From positions 5,520,001 through 5,584,000 of the forward strand of contig NC_086109.1 in NCBI RefSeq assembly GCF_963921235.1: 64,000 nucleotides of DNA, given 5' to 3'. A program made the position numbers and the translations under genes. Each line of letters opens with the position of its first letter. The first letter of the stretch is position 1. Shown here in pieces: positions 38,721 through 52,150 of the stretch. The notes under the pieces are model-generated. The model did not search any database, was not told the origin of the DNA, and saw only the letters and a program-made list of their open reading frames with translations. The stretch is from Mobula hypostoma. Its lineage: Eukaryota.

Positions 38721-41700
38721 ATGACTGATCTCTTAGCTCAACCTTATGTCATATAATCAGGCAGGACAGAATCAGGCCCTTCGGCCCAACTCATCGATAC
38801 TGATCCATACCATATCTAATCCCATTTGCCCCTGTTTAACACATATCGCTTCCAGGGGTTCCCAACTTAGGGTCCATGGCATTAGAAAGGTTGGGAACCC
38901 TTACTTTAAACCTTCAAACCAATTTAATTGGTTTTAAATATTGTCCATATACCTGCTTCAAGCACTCCTTCTAGTAGCTCGTTCCACATGCTGACCACTC
39001 TTTGGGTGAAAAAGTTGCTCCTCAGGTTCCCTTTTATCACTGATTTAAAACCTGTGCCCTCTAGTTCTTGATTCCTCAACCCTGGGGAGAACACCGAGTA
39101 TATTTACCCTATCTATACCCCTCATGATTTTAAATACCTCTATAAGGTCATCCCTCGGTCTCCTACACGCCAAGGAATGAAGTCTTCCCTGTCCAACCTC
39201 TCCCTATATCTCAGTCCCTCAAGTCCTGGCAACATGTCTATAATCTTTTTTCTGCACTCTTTCCAAATAACAACGTCTTTCCTATACGAGAGAAACAAAA
39301 ACACAACCCATTGCTCCAAGTCACAATGTGCAGCGTCACCAACGTTTTGATTCAGTTAGCATCCGCCAGATCAGTCAGTCTTTCCATATAACATAAAAAG
39401 ACACCATTTGGCCCACAAGACTTCGTTACCTCACAACACATTCCTTTCCTCTATTAATTTTTCTCAGTAACCTTTTAACGTAGAGCACAGATTCAACATT
39501 TAAGTTTGGATAGGTACATGGATAGTAGGGGTATGGAGTGCTTGTTGATGGGAATAGGCAGTTTAAATGCTTTGGCATGGACTAGATGGACCAATGGGCC
39601 TGTTTCTGTGTTGTACTTTTCTATGACTCTATAGAACATGGAATATTATAGCACAGTACCTTTTAACTTACTCCAAGATCAATCTAACCCTTTCCTCACA
39701 CATAGCCTTGCATTTTTCTGCCATTCATGTGCCTATATAAGTGTCTCTTAAATGTCCCCCAGTGTATCTGCCTCTACCATTATCCCTGGCAGTGTGTTCC
39801 ACGTACCCACCAGTTTCTCTCTGTAAAACAAAAAATATCTCTGACAGCCCCCCAATACCTTCCTTCAGTCTCTTTCAAGTTATGCCCTCTCCTATTAGTC
39901 ACTTCCACCTTGGGAGAAAGGCTGACCACGCTATCTATGCCTCTTATCATCTTTTACACCTCTATCAAGTCACCTCTCTTCCTCCTTCACGCCAGAGAGA
40001 AAAACCTTAACTTGCTCAATCTTTCCTTATAAACAAGTTCTCCCCACATTCCCATCAGTTCCCTGCAGATTCTAACACAAATCTAGAGTGGCCAATTACC
40101 ACTTGACTTGACTTTGACCTTGACCTTTCGGAAGGTCAGTGATGGATCTCTGCAGTTCAGAATTTGGTAGCAAATGATAAAGATCTACCAGTGTCTGGGA
40201 TAGGAAATTCTTTCTCATCTGTCATGAAAAGCCAGCTCCCTATGTTGAGCTTTGGCTCGTATTTCCAGAGCCATCACCCACCCACGCACGGTACTGGCAG
40301 GGTGACGTAGGGGTTAATGCCAATGACCTCAATCAGGGTTCTTTTGCCACCGCTCTCTGTCAGGAGATTCAGAACAGTACAGCACAGCAACAGGTCCTTC
40401 GGCCCATGAGGTTGTGCCAAAGTAACTTTGGGCAACACGGTAACATTGCGGTTACCAAAAGTGCCAGTGACGCAGGTTCAATTACATCGCTGCCTGTAAT
40501 TTCTCTCTTGAGGCTACATGGGTTTTCTCTGGGTGCTCCGGTATCCTCCCACATTCCGAACACGCACGGGTTAGGGTTAGTAAGCTGTGGACTTGCCATG
40601 TTGGCACCGGAAGAGTGGCAACACTTGCGAGCTGCCTCCAGCACATCCCCAGACTGTGTTGGGCATTGACGCAAATGACACATTTCACTGTATGTTTCAA
40701 TCTTTTGATGTACATGTGACAAATAAAGCTAATCTTTAATCTTCTTCAATCATGATTGAGTAGTTTGGTTTAAGCTTCCTCTTGAGATAGAATATTTGTT
40801 ACATTAGACCAGAGTCTGAGATTAAATATGTATATGTAGATCATATTGCTAGAAGTTCGGAAGCTTACAGTGAACTAAAATAATAAATGAAGCATATCTT
40901 CCAGCCCAAAGTTACACATCCAAGAGGGAAAACAATTGCAATTCAATGCTGAATGAATTAGAATTAGAGTCAGATTTATTATCAGAGACCAATGTGGTGA
41001 AACTTGTTGTTTTGCAGCAGCAGAACAGTGCAATACACAGTTACTTCAAACTGGAACTATACTGTATATTTCATGTTGAGCGTTTGCTCGGCCGAAGGCA
41101 AGCTCTATTGTGGTCAAATTAGATAGATGCTGCGAGTTTGGACTCTTTTATTGTGTGATTGTGATTCTATTTGTGCTTGCAACCTTCTGTGTGCTTTGTG
41201 CTGTGTATGACTATTGATACTGTGTTTTGGACCTTGACTCCAGAGTTACGCTGTCTCGTTTCAGAATCAGGTTTATTATCACCGGCATGTGTCACAAAAT
41301 TTGTTAATTTAGCAGCAGCAGTTCAATGCAATACGTAATATAGAAGAAAAATAAATAAGTAATGTATGGAGACAAATGGTGGGAGGAGAAAAAGCAGCGC
41401 GCCGCGCGCGCGCAGCCCTCCGGTGAAAAATGATATCGTATCTGTTAAATAGCGGCAGTGGACAATTCTGATTTGATGGAGACAGACGTGAAAGTACAGA
41501 GGAACATCTGGAAAAATTTCTGAAACGCTCGTTCGCTGCTGTCATTACTGCGCGGTCGGGAATCTTTCAGAGGGAAGGCCTCAAAATCCCCACCTCTGCC
41601 TACTGTTGGTGACCGAGAAGGAGGTCGAACCGTTCAGATACAGATGGCGCTCAGTACTCGGTGTCGGAGAGCTGATCAGAGCTCGAAGTTTTCGGATTAC

Positions 41701-41910
41701 TCAGAACAGGACCGTGGTCGGGTATGGCAGGGAGAGTTTTTCTTCCTTCTCCCGTCTGCGTGAGATGTGGGACATTTGAGAGACTTTGAACTTTTTACTG
41801 TGCTCATGGACTTTTTCATCAAGTTATGGTATTGTTGCACTGTTGTAACTATATGCCATAATTATGTGGTTTTGTTAGCTTTTTTCAGTCTTGGTCTGTC
41901 CTGTGTTTTA

Positions 41911-44832
41911 GAAACATAGAAACATAGAAAATAGGTGCAGGAGTAGGCCATTCGGCCCTTCGAGCCTGCACCGCCATTTATTATGATCATGGCTGATCAT
42001 CCAACTCAGAACCCAGCCTTCCCTCCATACCCCGTGACCCCTGTAGCCACAAGGGCCATATCTAACTTCCTTTTAAACATAGCTAATGAACTGGCCTCAA
42101 CAGTTTGCTGTGGCAGAGAATTCCACAGATTCACCACTCTCTGTGTGAAGAAGTTTTTCCTAACCTCGGTCCTAAAAGGCTTCCCCTCTATCCTCAAACT
42201 GTGACCCCTCGTTCTAGACCTCCCCAACATCGGGAACAATCTTCCCGCATCTAGCCTGTCCAATCCCTTTAGGATCTTATACGTTTCAATCAGATCCCCC
42301 CTCAATCTTCTAAATTCCAACGAGTACAAGCCCAGTTCATCCAGTCTTTCTTCATATGAAAGACCTGCCATCCCAGGAATCAATCTGGTGAACCTTCTTT
42401 GTACTCCCTCTATGGCAAGGATGTCTTTCCTCAGATTAGGGGACCAAAACTGCACACAATACTCCAGGTGTGGTCTCACCAAGGCCTTGTACAACTGCAG
42501 TAGTACCTCCCTGCTCCTGTACTCGAATCCTCTCGCTATAAATGCCAGCATACCGTTCGCCTTTTTCACCGCCTGCTGTACCTGCATGCCCACTTTCAAT
42601 GACTGGTGTATAATGACACCCAGGTCTCGTTGCACCTCCCCTTTTCCTAATCGGCCACCATTCAGATAATAATCTGTTTTCCTATTTTTGCCACCAAAGT
42701 GGATAACTTCACATTTATCCACATTAAATTGCATCTGCCATGAGTTTGCCCACTCACCCAACCTATCCAAGTCACCCTGCATCCTCTTAGCATCCTCCTC
42801 ACTGCTAACACTGCCACCCAGCTTCGTGTCATCCGCAAACTTGGAGATGCTGCATTTAATTCCCTCATCCAAGTCATTAATATATATTGTAAACAACTGG
42901 GGTCCCAGCACTGAGCCTTGCGGTACCCCACTAGTCACCGCCTGCCATTCTGAAAAGGTCCCGTTTATTCCCACTCTTTGCTTCCTGTCTGCTAACCAAT
43001 TCTCCACCCACACCAATACCTTACCCCCAATACCATGTGCTTTAAGTTTGCACACTAATCTCCTGTGTGGGACCTTGTCAAAAGCCTTTTGAAAATCCAA
43101 ATATACCACATCCACTGGTTCTCCCCTATCCACTCTACTAGTTACATCCTCAAAAAATTCTATGAGATTCGTCAGACATGATTTTCCTTTCACAAATCCA
43201 TGCTGACTTTGTCCGATCATTTCACCGCTTTCCAAATGTGCTGTTATCACATCCTTGATAACTGACTCCAGCAGTTTCCCCACCACCGACGTTAGGCTAA
43301 CCGGCCTATAATTCCCCGGTTTCTCTCTCCCTCCTTTTTTAAAAAGTGGGGTTACATTAGCCACCCTCCAATCCTCAGGAACTAGTCCAGAATCTAACGA
43401 GTTTTGAAAAATTATCACTAATGCATCCACTATTTCTTGGGCCACTTCCTTAAGCACTCTGGGATGCAGACCATCTGGCCCTGGGGATTTATCTGCCTTC
43501 AATCCCTTCAATTTACCTAACACCACTTCCCTACTAACATGTATTTCGCTCAGTTCCTCCATCTCACTGGACCCTCTGTCCCTTACTATTTCTGGAAGAT
43601 TATTTATGTCCTCCTTAGTGAAGACAGAACCAAAGTAATTATTCAATTGGTCTGCCATGTCCTTGCTCCCCATAATCAATTCACCTGTTTCTGTTTGCAG
43701 GGGACCTACATTTGTCTTTATCAGTCTTTTCCTTTTTACATATCTATAAAAGCTTTTACAGTCCGTTTTTATGTTCTCTGCCAGTTTTCTCTCATAATCT
43801 TTTTTCCCCTTCCTAATTAAGCCCTTTGTCCTCCTCTGCTGAACTCTGAATTTCTCCCAGTCCTCAGGTGAGCCACTTTCTCTGGCTAATTTGTATGCTA
43901 CTTCTTTGGAATTGATACTATCCCTAATTTCTCTTGTCAGCCACGGGTGCACTACCTTCCTTGATTTATTCTTTTGCCAAACTGGGATGAACAATTGTTG
44001 TAGTTCATCCATGCAACCTTTAAATGCCTGCCATTGCATATCCACCGTCAATCCTTGAAGTGTCATTTGCCAGTCTATCTTAGCTAATTCATGTCTCATA
44101 CCTTCAAAGTTACCCCTCTTTAAGTTCAGAACCTTTGTTTCTGAATTAACTACGTCACTCTCCATGTTAATGAAGAATTCCACCATATTATGGTCACTTA
44201 CCCAAGGGGCCTCTCACGACAAGATCGCTAATTAACCCTTCCTCATTGCTCAAAACCCAGTCCAGAATAGCCTGCTCTCTAGTCGGTTCCTCGACATGTT
44301 GGTTCAAAAAACCATCCCGCATACATTCCAAGAAATCCTCTTCCTCAGCACCTTTACCAATTTGGTTCACCCAGTCTACATGTAGATTGAAGTCACCCAT
44401 TATAACTGCTGTTCCTTTATTGCACACATTTCTAATTTCCTGTTTAATACCATCTCCGACCTCACTACTACTGTTAGGTGGCCTGTACACAACTCCCAGC
44501 AGCGTCTTCTGCCCCTTAGTGTTACGCAGCTCTACCCATATCGATTCCACATCTTCCCGGCTTATGTCCTTCCTTTCTATTGCGTTAATCTCTTTTTTAA
44601 CCAGCAACGCCACCCCACCTCCCCTTCCTTCGTGTCTATCCCTCCTGAATATTGAATATCCCTGAACGTTGAGCTCCCATCCCTGGTCACCCTGGAGCCA
44701 TGTCTCTGTGATCCCAACTATATCATAATCATTAATAACAATCTGCACTTTCAATTCATCCACCTTATTACGAATGCTCCTTGCATTGACACATAAAGCC
44801 TTCAGGCGCTCTTTTACAACTCTCTTAGCCCT
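41911..44832 (-). mobile_element. Young CR1 LINE with nearly complete ORF2
   Basis: APE ORF 44194-44883 and 726-aa RT ORF 42006-44186, separated by a 2-nt deletion near 44197; TTTTA-like flanks inside a split retroposon. Confidence 0.95.
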
Positions 44833-45552
44833 TTTTATGATATCACACCGGAGGAATATTGTATCATTTCTTAAAGCATGCATTACTAAATGACAATAAA
44901 AGAGGACTGTGTATCTTCATAATCTAATCTAATAATATATTCATGAGCATTCATGTATGGTTGAATGATAATTAAATTGAATTGAATACACACACACACA
45001 TTATTTATATATATAGATAAATATAAAATTACGTAAGTAGTACAAAAAGAGAACAAAAATCATGAGGTAGTGTTCATGGACCTTCAGAAATCTGATAGCA
45101 TTGGGGAAGAAGCTGTTCCTGAATCACTGACAGTGTGTCTTCAGGCTCCCTGATGGTAGTAATGAGAAGAGGGCACGCCCTGGATGGTGAGAGTCCTTAA
45201 TGATGGATGCCACCTTCTTGAAGCACCACATTTTGAAAGCAGAGAGAGGCCAATAGTCAACATGTCCATGAGAGGGAAGTTTCAACCACGAAGTGTGCTT
45301 CTGACAGGTTAGATCAAGGGGGATATTAGAGGAAGGTTTTTTACTCAGAGAGTGTTTGGTGCATGGAATGCACTGCCTGAGTCAGTGGTGGAGGCAGATA
45401 CACTAGTGAAGTTTAAGAGACTACTAGACAGGTATATGGAGGAATCTAAGGTGGTGGCTTATATGGGAGGCAGGGTTTGAGGGTCGGCACAACATTGTGG
45501 GCTGAAGGGCCTGTACTGTGCTGTACTATTCTATGTTCTATGTTCTATCTTA

Positions 45553-46410
45553 TGTTACGTACCCCGTAACTGGGTGCCAAACCAGCAGAAATGGATCACT
45601 CAGTTGGAGTCTGGATTACTAGAACTAAGAAAGTTTTATTAAAGAAACAAGCAACACAGTAATCGACAGGATAATAAATGCAACAGTTCAGCAATGATAA
45701 ACACACATGTGCACAGAATTAAGGTAACAGCATCAATCAAGCTCTATCGTTGTCTAGGGGTAAATGACCAATTTCAAAGTGACACAAAGTCCAGTTCAAT
45801 TTAGTTCAGTTCGCAGTAATCGTTGCCATGGCGATGGACAATGTGGGGGGAGGGAGAGAGAGAACGGGAACGACTGATCATTCAAAACGGCTTCCACTCA
45901 CAGACCGGCGATATTGCTCACAAGCAGCTTTCGGGCGGGTCCTTTGTGATGTCACCTGAGGTCACCGACTGTGACCCCTCCTCCAGATGCGGTCGATCCT
46001 CTGCAGTGAACCTGGCACCCAAGCAAGGGTGGACACACGTCGGGTTCCTGCTGATCGTACCTTTCCACCCTGTGCGTTTATGGCCCGATACTTCCCACCG
46101 ACTTGTGAGAGGCGCACCGCTTCCAGGGTCTCGTTACCTCGAGTGTCGTGTGTGCCCTGCCTTAGTGAACCTGTCCCTTTTTATCCCCCTGCTGGGGTAT
46201 CGCCTGTCCATCACTTCAAACAGTTCAGGGTTCAAAGGGGGAGCCGCTCCAGACAGCTCTCTCTCCCGTCCCTTCATTACACATCTCCAGATGCTGCTTC
46301 ATTGTTCCTTATCTCTCCTTCCCCTGAGGACAGGTGGCAGACCAACTGCTGATGCCACTGATGCTAGCCCAGGCCAGCAAACATCTTAATTTATGTGTAT
46401 TCTCGTCACA
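45553..46410 (-). mobile_element. Probable solo LTR (~860 bp)
   Basis: Termini TGTTACG / CGTCACA (TG...CA inverted ends); - strand TATA-like GATAAAA near 46180 and AATAAA near 45636; no clear TSD. Confidence 0.6.
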
Positions 46411-46905
46411 GTTCTATATCAAAATGTAAACACGCGAGATTCTGCAGATTGCTGGAAATCCTTTGCAATGCACACAAAGTGCTGGAGGAACTCAGCAGGT
46501 CAGGCAGCATCTGTGGAGGGGAATAAACATTGATGTTCTGGGCCAAGATCCTTTGTCAGGACTGAAAAGGGAAGGGGGAAGACAGCATAATAATAAGATG
46601 AGGGGAGGGACAGGAGTACAAGCGGGCAGATGATAGGTGAGACCAGGTGAAGAAGAAGGTGGGTGGGTGGGTGGGTGGGAAGATGCCTTACCGCTGAATC
46701 TCAGATTCAGAGTCAGATTTTTTAAAATTAAATGTACATCAAAACATACAGTGAAATGTGTCATTTGTGTGAAAAGCCAAAACAACCTAAGGATGTGCGG
46801 GGGTGGGGGGGGCACAAATGTTACCACACATTCGGCTACCAACACAACGTGCCCACCATGTTGAACAGAACAGCACAAACAACAACAACACCAACAGAAA
46901 GAAAC

Positions 46906-49242
46906 AAGGGTTAATTAGCGATCTTGTCGTGAGAGGCCCCTTGGGTAAGAGTGACCATAATATGGTGGAATTCTTCATTAACATGGAGAGTGACGTAGTT
47001 AATTCAGAAACAAAGGTTCTGAACTTAAAGAGGGGTAACTTTGAAGGTATGAGACATGAATTAGCTAAGATAGACTGGCAAATGACACTTCAAGGATTGA
47101 CGGTGGATATGCAATGGCAGGCATTTAAAGGTTGCATGGATGAACTACAACAATTGTTCATCCCAGTTTGGCAAAAGAATAAATCAAGGAAGGTAGTGCA
47201 CCCGTGGCTGACAAGAGAAATTAGGGATAGTATCAATTCCAAAGAAGTAGCATACAAATTAGCCAGAGAAAGTGGCTCACCTGAGGACTGGGAGAAATTC
47301 AGAGTTCAGCAGAGGAGGACAAAGGGCTTAATTAGGAAGGGGAAAAAAGATTATGAGAGAAAACTGGCAGAGAACATAAAAACGGACTGTAAAAGCTTTT
47401 ATAGATATGTAAAAAGGAAAAGACTGATAAAGACAAATGTAGGTCCCCTGCAAACAGAAACAGGTGAATTGATTATGGGGAGCAAGGACATGGCAGACCA
47501 ATTGAATAATTACTTTGGTTCTGTCTTCACTAAGGAGGACATAAATAATCTTCCAGAAATAGTAAGGGACAGAGGGTCCAGTGAGATGGAGGAACTGAGC
47601 GAAATACATGTTAGTAGGGAAGTGGTGTTAGGTAAATTGAAGGGATTGAAGGCAGATAAATCCCCAGGGCCAGATGGTCTGCATCCCAGAGTGCTTAAGG
47701 AAGTGGCCCAAGAAATAGTGGATGCATTAGTGATAATTTTTCAAAACTCGTTAGATTCTGGACTAGTTCCTGAGGATTGGAGGGTGGCTAATGTAACCCC
47801 ACTTTTTAAAAAAGGAGGGAGAGAGAAACCGGGGAATTATAGGCCGGTTAGCCTAACGTCGGTGGTGGGGAAACTGCTGGAGTCAGTTATCAAGGATGTG
47901 ATAACAGCACATTTGGAAAGCGGTGAAATGATCGGACAAAGTCAGCATGGATTTGTGAAAGGAAAATCATGTCTGACGAATCTCATAGAATTTTTTGAGG
48001 ATGTAACTAGTAGAGTGGATAGGGGAGAACCAGTGGATGTGGTATATTTGGATTTTCAAAAGGCTTTTGACAAGGTCCCACATAGGAGATTAGTGTGCAA
48101 ACTTAAAGCACACGGTATTGGGGGTAAGGTATTGGTGTGGGTGGAGAATTGGTTAGCAGACAGGAAGCAAAGAGTGGGAATAAACGGGACCTTTTCAGAA
48201 TGGCAGGCGGTGACTAGTGGGGTACCGCAAGGCTCAGTGCTGGGACCCCAGTTGTTTACAATATATATTAATGACTTGGATGAGGGAATTAAATGCAGCA
48301 TCTCCAAGTTTGCGGATGACACGAAGCTGGGTGGCAGTGTTAGCAGTGAGGAGGATGCTAAGAGGATGCAGGGTGACTTGGATAGGTTGGGTGAGTGGGC
48401 AAACTCATGGCAGATGCAATTTAATGTGGATAAATGTGAAGTTATCCACTTTGGTGGCAAAAATAGGAAAACAGATTATTATCTGAATGGTGGCCGATTA
48501 GGAAAAGGGGAGGTGCAATGAGACCTGGGTGTCATTATACACCAGTCATTGAAAGTGGGCATGCAGGTACAGCAGGCGGTGAAAAAGGCGAACGGTATGC
48601 TGGCATTTATAGCGAGAGGATTCGAGTACAGGAGCAGGGAGGTACTACTGCAGTTGTACAAGGCCTTGGTGAGACCACACCTGGAGTATTGTGTGCAGTT
48701 TTGGTCCCCTAATCTGAGGAAAGACATCTTTGCCATAGAGGGAGTACAAAGAAGGTTCACCAGATTGATTCCTGGGATGGCAGGTCTTTCATATGAAGAA
48801 AGACTGGATGAACTGGGCTTGTACTCGTTGGAATTTAGAAGATTGAGGGGGGATCTGATTGAAACGTATAAGATCCTAAAGGGATTGGACAGGCTAGATG
48901 CAGGAAGATTGTTCCCGATGTTGGGGAGGTCTAGAACGAGGGGTCACAGTTTGAGGATAGAGGGGAAGCCTTTTAGGACCGAGGTTAGGAAAAACTTCTT
49001 CACACAGAGAGTGGTGAATCTGTGGAATTCTCTGCCACAGCAAACTGTTGAGGCCAGTTCATTAGCTATGTTTAAAAGGAAGTTAGATATGGCCCTTGTG
49101 GCTACAGGGGTCAGGGGGTATGGAGGGAAGGCTGGGTTCTGAGTTGGATGATCAGCCATGATCATAATAAATGGCGGTGCAGGCTCGAAGGGCCGAATGG
49201 CCTACTCCTGCACCTATTTTCTATGTTTCTATGTTTCTATGT
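46906..49242 (+). mobile_element. Young CR1 LINE, 5'-truncated, one nonsense change at 48519-48521
   Basis: RT ORFs to 48521 and 48549-49142; near-identical inverted copy of 41911-44240. Confidence 0.95.
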
Positions 49243-50332
49243 AAGATAACAACAGCAAAACAAGCCTCTTTACCACTCTCCCGCCCACCCATCCACTCAA
49301 ACAGACAGGCACAGGCCCCCTCTTTCCCTCTAGGCCTTGTCCCCAAACTCTCAGGAGGTATTGGGCCTTCAACCTCTAGTCCCTGGCCGTGACTCACAAC
49401 ACTGGGCATCCAAGTTCTAGTCCCTGGCCCCAGACTCACAGACGTCAGGCCTCTGATCTCGGGCTCTCCTCAGTCTTTGCATGTTGCCATGGCAAACGGG
49501 AATATATTCAACTGGGTTTATTTTTACACGACAGCTCATAGACAGTAGGATCACTCCCCAAATATGGAATGAATTTCACATACGCAGAGTAAACATCCAC
49601 TAATGTTCCCCAGCCATATTTGCCATGTACATATGATGTTCTAATGATAGTGCAGCTTTCTTACAATTCTATAAATAAATCTGACCACAGTTTGTTACTC
49701 ACGATTCAGTAACAGTGAGTCATCAGTTCACCATTAAGCAAGTCTCCGTGCAGCTGGATTAGTGACACACCGAAATACTGTAAACACAGGAGATTTTGCA
49801 GTTGCTGGAAATCCAGAGTGACACACGCAAAACGCTGAAGGAACTCAGCAAATCGGGCAGTACCTATGGAGAGGAATAAACAAGTTGACGTTTCAGGCCG
49901 AGGTCCTGGTGTAAGAGGGAAAAAAAAGGTGGTGAGGTTCATGGGTTCAATGTCCATTTAGGAATCAGATGGCAGAGGGGAAGAAACTGTTCTTGAATCA
50001 TTGAGTGTGTGTCTTCAGTTTCCTGTAGCTCCTCCCTGATGGTAGCAATGAGAAGAGGGTTTAAAATCACTGACAAATATCATGAAATCTGTTATTTTGC
50101 AGCAGCAGTGCAGAGCTCTACATAAAAATAAACAGGGTGCAAAAATGGAATAATGAAGAATCGTGCATGGATCATTCACAAATCGGAAGGCAGAAGGGAA
50201 GAAGCTGCTCCTAAAATCTTCAAGCTCCTATCCCTCCTCCCTGATGGTAGTAATGAGAAGAGGGCATGTCCCAGGTGGTGAGGGCCCTTCGTGATGGATG
50301 TCACCTTATTGAGGAGCCATGTCTTAAAAATA

Positions 50333-51480
50333 TCCATAAGACATAGGAGTAGAATTAGGCCATTTGGCCTGTTGTCTGCTCTACCATTCAATCTTGTCAG
50401 AGTTACCATCTTTCTCAGTCTCATTCTTCTGCCTTCTCTCCGTGATCTTTGACACCTTAACTAATCAAGAACCAATAAACCGAGGCTTTAAATATATCCA
50501 ATGACTTGGCCTACACAGCAACCTGTAGCAATTAATTCCACAGATTCACCACCCTATGGCTAAAGGAATTTCACCTCATCTCTGTTCTAAACAGAAGTCC
50601 CTCTACTCTGGTCCTAGTCTCCCCCTCTATAGGAAACATCCTCTCTGTATTCACTGTATCAAGCACTTTCAATATCCAATAGGTTTCAGTGAGATCCCCC
50701 CACCCATTCACCTAAACTCCAGCGAATACAGGACCACAGCCGTCAAATGCTTCTCATACATTAACCCTTTCATTCTCTGAATTATTCTTGTGAACCCTCT
50801 CCAATGCCAGTGCATCTTTTCTTAGATAAGGGGCCCAAAGCTACTCAATATGGTCCATCTGTAGTCTGACCAATGCCTTATAAAACAACAACATTAAATT
50901 TTTGCTCTTATATACTCCTATAAATGATTGTTAATGTTGTATTTGCCTTCCTTACTACCAACTCAACCAGCACCAGCTCCATATCAACCCTATTAATATC
51001 CCAAACTCTACAAAATACAAACACATTTATGGAGTCATAGAAAAGTACAGCACAGAAACAGGCCCTTTGGCCCATCTAGTCCATGCCGAACCAATTAAAT
51101 TAGCTACTCCCATTGACTTGCACCCAGACTATAGCCCTCCACACCACTACCATCCATGTCCCTCTGCAAACTTCTCTTAAATGTTGAAATCAAACTTACA
51201 TGCACCACTTGTGCTGGCATCTCATTCCACACTCTCATAATATTCTGAGTGAAGAAGTTTCCCCTCATGTTCCCCTTAAACTTTTCACCTTTCACCCTTA
51301 ACCCATGACCTCTAGTTGTAGTCCTACCCAACTTCAGTGGAAAAAGCCTACTTATATTTATCCTATCTATACTCCTCATAATTTTGTATACCTCTATCAA
51401 ACCTTCCCTCAGTTTTCTACGTTCCAAGGAATAAAGTCCTAACCTATTCTAGTTTTCCTTATAACTCAGGTCCTCCAATC
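50333..51480 (-). mobile_element. Two old CR1 3' fragments
   Basis: Decayed CR1 ORF2 C-terminus (ORF 51104-51427) and 3' UTRs. Confidence 0.7.
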
Positions 51481-51676
51481 CCAGTTCCTCAAAACAACAA
51501 CCTAAAGATTAGAGTAATTCCTGGTATTAGTCTAATCATTAGAAATTGAGAGGTTTATAAGATTATGAGGCATAGATAGACAGCTGGTTATCTTTCACTT
51601 GGGGTCAAAATCTCTCATACTAGAGAGCATTCATTTCAAATTCAGAGGGGTAATTTCAAAGGAGATGGGCAGGGAA

Positions 51677-52150
51677 TTTTTTTTGGTAATTTATTTTTTA
51701 TTGAAGTTCATCATCAAACAAACATTTCCATAAGATGTATTTCAGATACTGTACATATATATCATATAGTCATATTTGTCACAAATCTCCACATAATATT
51801 TATCTGAGGTATACACTTATAGAAAGGAGAGGAAAGAAAGAACAATCGAAAGAAGAAAACTATGTACAAAGTAGGGAGTGATCTTTTTTTACAACGTATT
51901 CATTAACTTGTGAGAATAAAATCAGGCCTATGAGATGTTATGTAGTTAAACCATTTTTCACAGTATGAATCAAATTGTTCCAACTTATGATTAACAGATG
52001 CTGTTATCTTCTCCATTTTGTAAATGTCCTTTGTAATTTTCATCCATACATTTAAAGTTGGGCTCTCCTGTGATAATCATTTCCTGGTAAGGGTCTTTTT
52101 ACCAGCCACCAGCATTAAATATTTATCTCTTTTCAACCATTCTTGAGGAA
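51677..52150 (-). mobile_element. L1/Tx1-like LINE 3' fragment
   Basis: - strand LVAGKKTLTRK*LSQESPTLNVW...IYKMEKIT...EKWFNY (L1-type ORF2 C-terminus); A-rich tail on - strand at 51677-51702. Confidence 0.7.

Noticed and set aside
45823..46389. 188-aa ORF
   Set aside because: Lies within the probable solo LTR on its antisense strand; no recognisable domain
46803..46905. Novel N-terminus fused to CR1 RT (572-aa ORF)
   Set aside because: Chance read-through from a SINE into a 5'-truncated CR1; non-ATG start and a premature stop
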